Shown here piece after piece: positions 14,216 through 30,600 of a DNA stretch of 64,000 nt. Under the pieces are notes generated by a model. That model was not told where the DNA came from. It made no database searches and saw nothing but the letters and a program-made list of their open reading frames with translations. The stretch lies in assembly GCF_009914755.1 (NCBI RefSeq), contig NC_060947.1; one strand, 5' to 3'. This DNA is from the human T2T-CHM13v2.0 reference genome, Homo sapiens. Position numbers and translations under genes: made by a program. The stretch's first letter is position 1; every line of letters begins with the position of its first letter.

Positions 14216-14681
14216 TCCATAAAACGACTTATAAGACCAACTTCAGACACCAGCTGTGCAATGTAGGACAGTTTATAAAGGGCAGGAGGGGATTCGGTTA
14301 GTCCTAACATCATCTTGGAAGGTTAAAGATGTCTCCCAAATGATTTCAACAACCCCTTAATAGCTTGATATAGCTATGGGATCCAAGGACCAACTCCTTA
14401 ATCTGTTCAGTGTTGTTTTAGCCCAGAGTATCTGAGCACCCTCAGTAACTTTACACAATATATTTTTGGGAATGCTATGTGATCCATCTGTTTCTTTTTT
14501 ATCCCATAAAAATAAAGTCCTCTTAAAATTGCTATTCTTACTGCTGTTCATTAGTTATGTTTGATTATTTTTCCCTGGATAGAATGAAAATCTTTTGAAT
14601 TGCATCTATTAATTGTCTTTCTGCAACTTGGCATTCCTTAGGGAAAAACATTCCTTACCTCATAAGAGGGTTGTGGTTTAC

Positions 14682-14720
14682 GTGTGTGTTTGTGTGTGTG
14701 TGTGTTTGTGTGTGTGTGTG
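14682..14720. repeat. Imperfect (GT)n microsatellite
   Basis: Seen directly in the sequence. Confidence 0.9.
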
Positions 14721-15977
14721 GAGGCGGGTGGTGAGGGGAGATATTGGTTTGTAAATTTAGCATCTTTACCCTCTGTGAAAATCACAACACTACTTCAGGT
14801 TGGGAGCATTCCTGGCCCATGGATAACACTTAAAGGTCACGTGTCTCTGACCAATCCTTACAAGTCATCACTGACCCAATGCCATGCATATCTTGCCACA
14901 CTATCTTCCCGCCCTGTCTTTTACAACTGTCCTCTATACCCCCTTAGAAGACCACTGGCATCACATCTGTCTTCATAGTGGAGCCCTCCTGGCAGCTTTA
15001 TTACCCACCTCCTATGTTCCAGGCACTGTCCAAGGTACTGTGATTGACAATTGAGAATGAAACGGTACCTGTCCCTGCTTTCCCAGAGCTCACTCAGTTC
15101 AGATTTTGAATGTTTCTCTCTTCACTGCCTCTCTTTCTCTTCAGCTTTAAAAAGTGCCCAGGAGTCTCTCATATTGAGAATGCCAGTTGTCCTCTCAATG
15201 ACCATCTCATCTCTTACCTTGCACTGCCTGAATCCTTTTCCCACAATTTGTAAAATAATCTTTCTAAAGCACAGATTTGATTAGTACTTATTCTAGCTTA
15301 AAAACCTCCTTTGATTCCCCACCATCTACAAGCTCAAACCCAACTTCTTAGTAAGGCACACGAGACCTTTCACAATATGGCAGCAGTTTGGTCTCTTGAT
15401 CTAATTTCCCGAAAATCCACATTACAAACCCTGTGCTCAGGAATGAGACTAGAGTGAAGCACCTAGGATATGACTCTAAAAGTGAGTATCTCCTTAAATT
15501 TGTGTGCCCTAATTTCTTCACTCAACTGCCCTAGTCCTGACCCTGCTTGTATTAAAGCCACACATAATGTGCCCTGTATCCTCAAATACATGATATGCCT
15601 TTATATCTCTGTATCTTTGCAATGTTTTTTGCCTTCACCACCCCCTCCTCTCTCATCATTAAAAACAATTCATAATTTTAAACTTTATTTGTTTATTAGT
15701 GTCACGCCTAAGTAGAGTATAAGCCCCAAGAGAATAGGAGTCATGTCTATGTTGCTCACTGTTGTATCTCTAGCAATTAGGAAAAGGAAGAAATAAATTA
15801 ATTCAATTCAAAGCCACTTCCTCTATGGAACCCTCCCTGACTCTTCTCTCCCTCTGAAAATTCAGTTGCTTTTCTTTTTGTGCTTACACAAGGCTCCATG
15901 GATATAACACACTTACAGCTTTATGACATTGTGTGATATTTACTAGAAGTATTTATCCCCAACTATAAATATATATT

Positions 15978-18330
15978 TAAGTAAACATTTCTATTTTAGA
16001 ACAATTTTAGATTTACAGAATTATTACAAAGATAGTACAGAGAGTTTCTATATATGCCACACTAGTTTCCCTTTCATTAACATCTTACACTAGTATGCAT
16101 ACTTTTCACAGTTAATGAAACAATATTGATAGATTATTATTAACTAAAGTCTGTATTCAAATTTCCTCAGTTTTCCCTTAATGTTCTTTTTTTAATTCAT
16201 CAATGTTCCATCCAGGATATCACATTACATTCAGTCACTGCACCTCCTGCAGCTCCCTTGGATTTTTCAAACTTTCCTTGTTTTTGATGACCTTAACATA
16301 TTTTAGGGTTACAGGTCAGACATTTTATAAAATATATTTAAATTTTCAATGATGTTTTTCTCATGATCAGATTGGGGTAACGTGTTTTTGAAAGGAAGAC
16401 CTCGGAAATAAAGTGCCATTCTCACCACTTTGTATCAAAGGTATACCAACAATATATATTAATCTTCATCACTTGGCTTGAGGTAATCTTTGTCAAGTTT
16501 CCTCACCATAAAGTTATTATTTTTTTCTCCCATTCCATGCTTTACTCTTTGGAAGAAGGTCACTCTTAAGTAACAGGGGTTTTTATTTCACCTCCTTAAG
16601 CGTGGAATATTTACATAAATTATTTGAAATTCTTCTGTATCTGGGACCTATTCTTCCCCATTTATTTATTCAATAATTTATTTATATTGGCACAAACTCA
16701 AGGATATTTGTTTTATATTTGGGGCTATAAGAATATTTTACTTATTTTGTTGCTCAAATATTCCAGCTTTGGTCACTGAGAACTATTTCAGTTGGCTCCT
16801 GTATTCCTTTTACATAGCCCCCCCTTTTTTTTTAGCGCTTTTATTGTTTCTGGTACTCTAAGATACTCCAAGATCATTTTGTATAATTCATGCTCCAGTG
16901 ATTGCCAGATATTTTCTCTAAAAAGTCCTGGTTTCTTTTATTGGAGAATGGTAGTAGAAACAAAGATCAGGGTGCCAGGTGTGTTCATTGATTGTGTCAT
17001 TGCTTCTTGGCCGTCTCAGCTGACAGAGCAAGGAGATCTAAGTGTGATACTGAACCCATGTGTATAGACATATGTATAAATATTTCTCTATGTAACCACC
17101 TGCATCAGTATTAAGCTAAATGAGAGTTGCTAGTGATGTCTCTTATTCTAGTCCTCACCACATGGATCATTCTAGCCTCCTTCCCTTGCTTATCTGTAAA
17201 CTTCCACTCCCACAGTGAGAAACCTGGCTCCTACCATTCACTATTTGTTTACTTAATTCTTCAATTCCAGTGTAACTGTATAGCAGTGTGAGAATTGTTA
17301 ACTCATACTCCCATGGGAACCACCTTTATCACTGGAGCAGAATGCTTCTGAACAGTTCCTTTTGCCTTTAGTCTTACAGAGTTCACGCATTTCCAAAGGT
17401 ACTCAGATCAGCACCTTATTCCCCCTGCCCACTTCAATTAGGTTGTTTAATACGCTTATAATGCATTTAGATCTTATTGTTATTCTGCATTCCATCCTGG
17501 GATTCCCTGGCTGTCTAAATATTTTTAATTTGCATACATTAAGTTTATTCTTTGTGTTCTAAATTTCTATAGGTTTTGACAATGCTTAATATCTTGTATT
17601 CACCATTACAATATCATAAAGAATAAATTTACCGACCTAGAAATTCCACTGTACTTTACCCATTCAACCCTCCTTCCCTCAAAACACTGTAACCTCTGAC
17701 CTTTTCACTCTCTCTAGTTTTGCCTTTACCTGAATGTCACATAAGTGAAATCATGTAATATGTATCCTTTTCAGACTGACTTCTTGCACTTAGCAATAGG
17801 TATCTAATACTTATTCATGTCTTTTTGTGACTTTATAGCTCTTTTGAAATTACTTTTAAAAATCACAATTTTATTGTGTGGATGTATCAGTTTGTTTATT
17901 CATTCACACATTGAAGGGCATCTTGATTGCTTTCAATTTTTGGTGGTTATGAATAAAGCAACTACGAACATTCATGTGTACATTTTTGTGTGGACATAGC
18001 TTTTCAAATCAGTTGGGTAAATACCTAGAAGCATGACTGCTGCACTATATAGTGAGGTTTTGTTTAGCTTTGTAAGAAACTGCCAAACTGTCTTCCAAAG
18101 AGGCTGTACCATTTTTCATTCTCACCTGCAGTGAACGAGAGGTTTTGTACTGTTTACTTGCCAGCAGTTGGTATTGTCAATTGTTTGGATTCTAGCCAAT
18201 CTAATACATGTAAAGTGGTATTTCATTGTTGTTTGAATTTGCAACGCTCTAATGACAAGTGGTGTTAACATCTTATATGCTTATTTGTCATCTGTGTATC
18301 TTCTTTGTTAAGTTGTCTATTCACATCTTT
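15978..18330 (-). mobile_element. L1MC/L1MD-type 3'UTR and ORF2 end
   Basis: Begins ttttagaacaattttagatttacagaa...gatagtacagagagtt. Later gtaagaaactgccaaactgtcttccaaagaggctgtaccatttt, an antisense L1M 3' end. Confidence 0.8.
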
Positions 18331-19124
18331 TGTATATTTCCCCCTGCTATATTATTTAATGTTTTAATGAAACATCACATACATGCATATGCAGAAGAAA
18401 TCACAAGTGGCCACTATTTGAACTTCTATATCATAAACATACCCATGTAACAAGCGTCTGAGATCAAGAAAAAGAAGATCACTGACACCCCAGAAACTCC
18501 CCTGTGTATCCTCACATTTATTGCCCCTTGGCATCTAACAGAATAAATTTTTCCTATGTTTTAAACTTTATTATGAATGGGTTATGCAGTCTATATTTCT
18601 TTCTTTTTACTTCTTTCAATCAACATTATGTTTGAAGATACATCAATATTGTTACATGTAGTTTTAGTTTGTTCATACTCATTGCTATATGGTATTCCTT
18701 TATATAAATTTATTGATCAATTCTACACAAATATTTGTGTAGTTTGAAGCTATTATAAAGAGTACTACTATGAATATTCTTGTACATTTCTGTTGGTGCA
18801 CATATATACATATTTCTATTTGGTGTATATCTAGGAAGGAATTGTTAGATTACAGAGTAGGCAGATATGCAGCTTTAGTAGATACTGCTGAACAATAGTT
18901 CAGAATGGTTTTATGAATTTACACTTCCACTAGTGTAAAAGAGTTCTAGTTTCTCCACATCCTTGAAAACACTTAGTATTGTCAGGCTTTTTAATTTTAG
19001 GCAATTTGGTGGGTGTTTTCTTATTATGGTTTTAACTTTTATTTTTCTGATAACTAATAAAGCTACTCATCTTTTCATGTGTTTATTGAACAGTTGGATA
19101 TACTCTGTTGTGAAATGTCTCTTT

Positions 19125-19556
19125 TGGACCTGAAAGCATGTGTTAGTGAGGCTACAGAAAAGGGACTGTGACAGGAAACACCTAGTGTGATTTTAAAAGC
19201 AGGAAATAAAAAGATGCATGTAGTTAGCAAAACATTAAAGAATTTATCTAAATAGCTAGAGAGGTTCATTGCAGCCAGAAGCGGTTCCTTTATTTCTATA
19301 AGACATTCCAAAACCTGATAGGATAATTTCTCAAAAAAAACTTTGAGGAAGGAAGATGCAAGGTAGACCAAGCATTGAGCCATGCACCTTGTGTGTTTTC
19401 TTCATTCTTACAACAAATCAAGGAGGTAGCAATTTACAGACCCTAGTTTTATTCTCTCTATAATCTGCTGTGCTAAAAAGTGTCTTGCGCACCAATTGTC
19501 ACAGCAGACTTAAGAAAATAATCTAAACATTAAATAAACCCTACGTAAAAAAAAAA
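19125..19556 (+). pseudogene. Non-TE retro-insertion (processed 3'UTR fragment or orphan 3' transduction)
   Basis: Unique sequence followed by ATTAAA/AATAAA (19529-19538) and A10 (19547-19556). Flanked by AAATGTCTCTTT (19113-19124) and AAAAGTCTCTTT (19553-19564). The host L1 reads through once the insert is removed. Confidence 0.7.
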
Positions 19557-19812
19557 GTCTCTTTCAATCTTTTGCTCATTTTTCTATTTGATGGTTGCAT
19601 TTTCTTACTGATCTGAACTTCATATGTTCTTGATATAATTCTTTTGTTGAATATAGGTAATGCAAATATTTTCTCCAACCTATGGATTGACTTTTCACTT
19701 TCTTAATAGTATCTTCTCACAAATGGAAGTTATTACTTTTAATATAATCTAATTTATCAAAATTGTATCTTATGATTAGCATTTTTTGTGTTCTGTTTTA
19801 AAAATACCTTTG

Positions 19813-20133
19813 GAAATCATAATTCTCAGTAAACTATCGCAAGAACAAAAAACCAAACACTGCATGTTCTCACTCATAGGTGGGAATTGAACAATGAGAA
19901 CACATGGACACAGGAAGGGGAACATCACACTCTGGGGACTGTTGTGGGGTGGCGGGAGGGGGGAGGGATAGCTTTAGGAGATATACCTAATGCTAGATGA
20001 CGAGTTAATGGGTGCAGCACACCAGCATGGCACATGTATACATATGTAACTAACCTGCACATTGTGCACATGTACCCTAAAACTTAAAGTATAATAAAAT
20101 AAAATAAAATAAAATAATAAAAAAATGCAAAAA
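19813..20133 (+). mobile_element. 5'-truncated L1PA (L1PA3-like) 3' end
   Basis: L1 3'UTR with G-rich tract and (AAAAT)n tail. TSD AAAAATACCTTTG at 19800-19812 and 20134-20146. Confidence 0.95.
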
Positions 20134-20612
20134 AAAAATACCTTTGCCAACCACAAGATCATGAAGAATTCTCTAATGATTTCCTCTAAAAACTGTACTG
20201 TTTGGCTTTTTATATGATATGAGAAATGGGTCAATATTCATTTCTAATAGATTGAGAGACAATTGGCACAACCACATTTATTGAAAAGACACTTTCTCCA
20301 CTATATTGCAATGTCACCATTGTCCTAATTAGATGACTTTGTATGTATGAGTCTATTTCTAGACTCTATTCTCTTTCTTTTTTTTTTTGGTTTCGGTTTT
20401 TTTTTTTTATTAACTTTAAGTTTTAGGGTACATGTGCACATTGTGCAGGTTAGTTACATATGTATACATGTGCCATGCTGGTGCGCTGCACCCACTAACT
20501 CGTCATCTAGCATTAGGTATATCTCCCGATGCTATCCCTCCTCACTCCCCCCACCCCACAACAGTCCCCAGAGTGTGATATTCCCCTTCCTGTGTCCATG
20601 TGATCTCATTGT

Positions 20613-24432
<3,820 letters not shown>

Positions 24433-24495
24433 GATGATGTTAGTTGGTTATTTTGCTCGTTAGTTGATGCAGTTTCTTCCTAGTCTCGATGGTCT

Positions 24496-25513
24496 TTACA
24501 TTTTGGCATGATTTTGCCGCAGCTGGTACCGGTTGTTCCTTTCCATGTTTAGTGCTTCCTTCAGGAGCTCTTTTAGGGCAGGCCTGGTGGTGACAAAATC
24601 TCTCAGCATTTGCTTGTCTGTAAAGTATTTTATTTCTCCTTCACTTATGAAGCTTAGTTTGGCTGGATAGGAAATTCTGGGTTGAAAATTCTTTTCTTTA
24701 AGAATGTTGAATATTGGCCCCCACTCTCTTCTGGCTTGTAGGGTTTCTGCCAAGAGATCTGCTGTTAGTCTGATGGGCTTCCCTTTGAGGGTAACCCGAC
24801 CTTTCTCTCTGGCTGCCCTTAACATTTTTTCCTTCATTTCAACTTTGGTGAATCTGACAATTATGTGTCTTGGAGTTGCTCTTCTCGAGGAGTATCTTTG
24901 TGGCGTTCTCTGTATTTCCTGAATCTGAACATTGGCCTGCCTTGCTAGATTGGGGAAGTTCTCCTGGATAATATCCTGCAGAGTGTTTTCCAACTTGGTT
25001 CCATTCTCCCCGTCACTTTCAGGTACACCAGTCAGATGTAGATTTGGTCTTTTCACATAGTCCCATATTTCTTGGAGGCTTTGCTCATTTCTTTTTATTC
25101 TTTTTTTCTCTAAACTTCCCTTCTCGCTTCATTTCGTTCATTTCATCTTCCATCGCTGATACCCTTTCTTCCAGTTGATCGCATCGGCTCCTGAGGCTTC
25201 TGCATTCTTCACGTAGCTCTCGAGCCTTGGTTTTCAGCTCCATCAGCTCCTTTAAGCACTTCTCTCTATTGGTTATTCTAGTTATACATTCTTCTAAATT
25301 TTTTTCAAAGTTTTCAACTTCTTTGCCTTTGGTTTAAATGTCCTCCTGTAGCTCAGAGTAATTTGATCGTCTGAAGCCTTTTTCTCTCAGCTCGTCAAAG
25401 TCATTCTCCGTCCAGCTTTGTTCCGTTGCTGGTGAGGAACTGCGTTCCTTTGGAGGAGGAGAGGCGCTCTACTTTTTAGAGTTTCCAGTTTTTCTGTTCT
25501 GTTTTTTCCCCAT
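24496..25513 (-). pseudogene. L1 ORF1p with a +1 frameshift
   Basis: ATG at 25513. The span is 1018 nt versus the canonical 1017, with an extra base in the T7 run at 25101-25107. The C-terminal frame KRPNL...RQNHAKM is intact. Confidence 0.9.
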
Positions 25514-26419
25514 CTTTGTGGTTTTATCTACTTTTGGTCTTTGATGATGGTGATGTACAGATGGGTTTTTGGTGTGGATGTCCTTTCTGTTTGTTAGTTT
25601 TCCTTCTAACAGAGAAGACCCTCAGCTGCAGGTCTGTTGGAATACCCTGCCGTGTGAGGTGTCAGTGTGCCCCTGGTGGGGGGTGCCTCCCAGTTAGGCT
25701 GCTCGGGGGTCAGGGGTCAGGGACCCAGTTCAGGAGGCAGTCTGCCCGTTCTCAGATCTCCAGCTGCGTGCTAGGAGAACCACTGCTCTCTTCAAAGCTG
25801 TCAGACAGGGACATTTAAGTCTGCAGAGGTTACTGCTGTCTTTTTGTTTGTCTGTGCCCTGCCCCCAGAGGTGGAGCCTACAGAGGCAGGCAGGCCTCCT
25901 TGAGCTGTGGTGGGCTCCACCCAGTTCGAGCTTCCCAGCTGCTTTGCTTACCTAATCAAGCCTGGGCAATGTCGGGCGCCCCTCCCCCAGCCTCGCTGCT
26001 GCCTTGCAGTTTGATCTCAGACTGCTGTGCTAGCAATCAGTGAGACTCCGTGGGCGTAGGACCCTCCGAGCCAGGTGCGGGACAGACTCTCGTGGTGCGC
26101 AGTTTTTTAAGCCCGTCGGAAAAGCGCAGTATTCAGGTGGGAGTGACCCGATTTTCCAGGTGCGTCCGTCACCCCTTTCTTTGACTCGGAAAGGGAACTC
26201 CCTGACCCCTTGCACTTCCCAAGTGAGGCAATGCCTCGCCCTGCTTCGGCTCGCGCATGGTGCACGCACCCACTGACCTGCGCCCACTGTCTGGCACTCC
26301 CTAGTGAGATGAACCTGGTACCTCAGATGGAAATGCAGAAATCACCTGTCTTCTGCCTCGCTCACGCTGGGAGCTGTAGACCGGAGCTGTTCCTATTCTG
26401 CCATCTTGACTCCTCCCCC
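25514..26419 (-). promoter_or_regulatory. L1 5'UTR with internal sense promoter and antisense promoter, CpG-rich
   Basis: Canonical L1PA 5'UTR sequence with many retained CpGs. Promoter function is established knowledge for the family, not shown for this copy. Confidence 0.8.
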
Positions 26420-26773
26420 CTCTATTCTCTTTCTTGGTGTATTTATCAATCCTGGCACACTATATTAATTATTATACCTTTATAATAGGCCTTAACATAT
26501 GGTAGTGTAACTGCTTTAGCTGCTCCAAATAGGTTTTGTGCTCCCAAATGTAGGTCTATATTTTGTTTTTCTTTCTTTTCTCAGGCCCCAACTCCGTGTC
26601 TGACACAAAGTCAGGTCTGAGTAAATAATCTAGCCTTCTATTTACCACCACACTTTTGGAGTGATTTATATCTACTTCTTTTACTTCCTTACTACCCACC
26701 TCTGCCTTAGACAGTGTCATTCAACCTCTACATTTCCATGCCAATAGAATGCTGTTTTCCAAGATCACCATTT

Positions 26774-27243
26774 GTGGTGAACAATGTTAGTGCTTCAACT
26801 AGATCTACTCAGATCTTTCTTTGTGTCTTCTGTGATTTGGGTGAGCATTTGTTCCAGCAATAAGCACTTGCGTTTCTTTTGCAGGTGACTGTTCTTGGAT
26901 CTCAGAACCCCTTTATCCACCTGCATGGAGAGCCAGAAGTGCCAGGACATTTAGGTCCCTCTTGGATCTTAAACAATGAATAATGAATGAGGGAATATGA
27001 AAGTCCCAGATCTCTTGCCTCACACCAGAACAACTCTGGGACACAATATACTCCAAAGTTCCCCTGTGGAATCAGACTGTAGCTACATTTGGGGGACTTT
27101 GTCTATTATCATGCCCTTGCTTGACTTCTGCTCCATCCTTGTCTTGCTTCCCCAATCTCCTGTCAGTTCTCTTTGGGGGCACTACCTAGTATATGATTTG
27201 CATGTGTCTGAGGGCCTGCTTCTGAGGAAACTTTCCTAGGATA
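26774..27243 (+). mobile_element. ERVL 5' LTR (LTR16C-like)
   Basis: TG start, gagagccagaagtgcc and ctgcttctgaggaaac end, followed by an internal-like gttgaccaaaaatgatcctagaagc. Confidence 0.65.
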
Positions 27244-27628
27244 GTTGACCAAAAATGATCCTAGAAGCGGACTCTAACGATGTAATTCTGGAATTGTATC
27301 AGTTGTCAGCTACAGTGCAACAGTGATTTCTTGCTGCATTATAATTGCTAAACTTTCATCTGTTGTTAGTTGGAATGGATTCAAATGTAGAAGAAGATGC
27401 TGTGCCCTATGTGATATCTGTAGCATTTTGAGACATAGCAGGGAAATGGACTGTGGAATTTGTTGTTTCTGGGCAACACTGATGTGTTGAAGGGAGGAAA
27501 TGACAGCCTCAAGTCAGCCAATTACCAACTTAATCCACTGTGTACAACTTAGAAGACCTCCATAGCAGCGTATAAAGAGACCCTCCTCCTGCATTGAGAA
27601 TGGAAACCATACTGAAGACCTGATTTTT

Positions 27629-30600
27629 TAATTATTATTATACTTTAAGTTCTGGGATACATGTGTAGAATGTGCAGGTCTTATGTTTAAGTCTATAATC
27701 CATGTTAAGTTAATTTTTGTATAAGGTATAAGGAAGAGGTTCAGTTTCAGTTTTCTGCATATAGCTAGCCAGTTTTCCCAACACCATTTATTAAATAGGG
27801 AATCCTTTCCCCATTGCTTGTTTTTGTCACGTTTGTCAAAGATCAGATGGTTGTAGATGTGTGGCATTATTTCTGAGGCCTCTGTCCTGTTCCATTCATC
27901 TATATATCTGTTTTGGTACCAGTACCCTGCTTTTTTGGTTACTTGTAGCCTATAGAAATCAGGTAGCATGATGCCTCCAGCTTTGTTCTTTTTGCTTAGG
28001 ATTGTCTTGGCTATACGGGTTCTTTTTTGGTTCCATATGAAATTTAAAGTAGTTTTTTCTAATTCTGTGAAGAAAGTCAATGATAGCTTAATGGGGATAG
28101 AATTGAATCTATAAATTACTTTGGGCAGTATGGCCATTTTCACAATATTGATTGTTCCTATCCATGAGCATGGAATGTTTTTCCATTTATTTGCGTCCTC
28201 TTTTATTTCCTTGAGCAGTGGTTTGTAGTTCTCCTTGAAGAGGTCTTTCATATCCCTTGTGAGTTGTATTCCTAGGTATTTTATTCTCTTTGTAGCAATT
28301 GTGAATGGGAGTTCACTCATGATTTGGCTTTCTGTTTGTCTACTATTGGTGTATAGCAGTGCCTGTGATTTTTGCACATTGATTTTGTATCCTGAGACTT
28401 TGCTGAAGTTGCTTATCAGCTTAAGGAGATTTTGGGATGAGATGATGGGGTTTTCTAAATATATAATCATGTCATCTGCAAACAGAGACAATTTGACTTC
28501 CTCTCTTCCTATTTGAATACCCTTTATTTCTTTTGCTTGCCTGATTGCCCTGGCCAGAACTTCCAATACTATGTTGAATAGGAGTGGTGAGAGAGGGCAT
28601 CCTTGTCTTGTGCCAGTTTTCAAAGGGAATGCTTCCAGCTTTTGCCCATTCAATATGATATTGGTTGTGGGTTTGTCATAAATAGCTCTTATTATTTTGA
28701 GATACGTTCCATCAATAACTAGCTTATTGAGAGTTTTAGCATGAAGAGGTGTTGAATGTTATCGAAGGCCTTTTCTGCATCTATTGAGATAATCATGTGG
28801 TTTTTGTCATTGGTTCTGTTTATGTGATGGATTATGTTTATTGATTTGTGTATGTTGAACCAGCCTTGCATCCCAGGGATGCAGCCAACTTCATCGTGGT
28901 GGATAAGCTTTTTGATGTGCACTGGATTCAGTTTGCTAGTATTTTATTGAGGATTTTCACATCTGTGTTTATCAGGGATACTGGCCTGAAATTTTCTTTT
29001 TTTGTTGTGTCTATGCCAGGTTTTGATATCAGCATGATGCTGGCCTCATAAAATGAGTTAGGGAGGAGTCCCTCTTTTTCTATTGTTTGGATTAGTTTCA
29101 TAAGGAATTTGTCTTTGTACCTCTGGTAGAATTCGGCTGTGAATCCATCTGGTCCTGGGCTTTTTTTGGTTGGTAGGCTATTAATTACTGCTTCAATTTC
29201 AGAACTTGTTATTGGTCTATTCAGGGATTTGATTCGACTTCTTTCTGGCTTAGTCTTGGGAGGGTGTATGTGTCCAGGAATTTATCCATTTCTTCTAGAT
29301 TTTCCAGTTTGTTTGAGTAGAGGTGTTTATACTATTCTCCGATGGTAGTTTGTATTTCTGTGGGATCAGTGGTGATATCCCCTTTATCATTTTTTATTGT
29401 GTCTGTGTGATTCTTCTCTCTTTTCTTCTTTATTAGTCTTGCTAGCAGTCTATCTATTTTGTTGATCTTTTCAAAAAACCAGCTCCTGGATTCATTGAGT
29501 TTTGAAAGGTTTTTTGTGTCTCTATCTCCTTCAGTTCTGCTCCAATTTTAGTTATTTCTTGTCTTCTGCTAGCTTTTGAATGTGTTTGCTCCTGCTTCTC
29601 TAGTTCTTTTAATTGTGATGTTAGGGTGTCAATTTTAGATTTTTCCTCTTTCTCTTGTGGGCATTCAGTGCTATCAATTTCCCTCTAAACACTGCTTTAG
29701 CTGTGTCCCAGAGATTCTGGTACATTGTGTCTTTGTTCTCATTGGTTTCAAATAACTCATTTATTCCTGCCTTAATTTTGTTATTTACCCAGTAGTCATT
29801 CAGGAGCAGGTTGTTCAGTTTCCATGTAGTTGTGTGGTTTTGAGTGAGTTTTCTTAATCCTGAGTTCTAATTTGATTGCACTGTGGTCTGAGAGACTGTT
29901 TGTTATGATTTCTGTTCTTTTGCATTTGCTAAGGAGTGTTTTCCTTCCAATTATGTGGTCAGTTTTAGAATAAGTGTGATGTGGTGCTGAAAAGAATGTA
30001 TATGCTGTTGATTTGGGGTGGAGAGTTCTGTAGATGTCTATTAAGTCCACTTGGTCCAAAGCTGAGTTCAAGTCCTGAATATCCTTGTTAATGTTCTGTC
30101 TTGTTGATCTGTCTAATATTGACAGTGGGGTGTTAAAGTCTCCCACTATTATTGTTTGGGAGTCTGAATCTCTTTGTAGGTCTCTAAGAACTTGCTTTAT
30201 GAATCTGGATGTTCTTGTATTGGGTGCATATATATTTAGGATAGTTAGCTTTTCTTGTTGCGTTGATCCCTTTACCATTATGTAATGCCCTTCTTTGCCT
30301 TTTTTGATCTTTGTTGCTTTAAAGCCTGTTTTGTCAGAGACTAGGATTGCAACCCCTGCTTTTTTTTGCTTTCCATTTGCATGGTAAATGTTGCTCAATT
30401 TCTTAATTTTGAGCCTATGTATGTCTTTGCATGTGAGATGGGTCTCCTGAATACAGCACGCTGATGCGTCCTGACTCTTTATCCAATTTGCCAGTTTGTG
30501 TCTTTTAATTGTGACATTTAGCCCATTTACATTTAAGGTTAATATTGTTACTGTTATGTGTGAATTTGATCCTGTCATTATGATGCTAGCTGGTTATTTT

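Larger units (their letters stand above)
18345..20379 (-). mobile_element. Old L1ME/MB-type element hosting later insertions; resumes at 26436-~26510
   Basis: Antisense L1 3' phrases (ttctccacatccttg, tgcaaatattttctcc, caccatttattgaaaagac). Continuous across the TSDs of the younger insertions. Confidence 0.7.
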
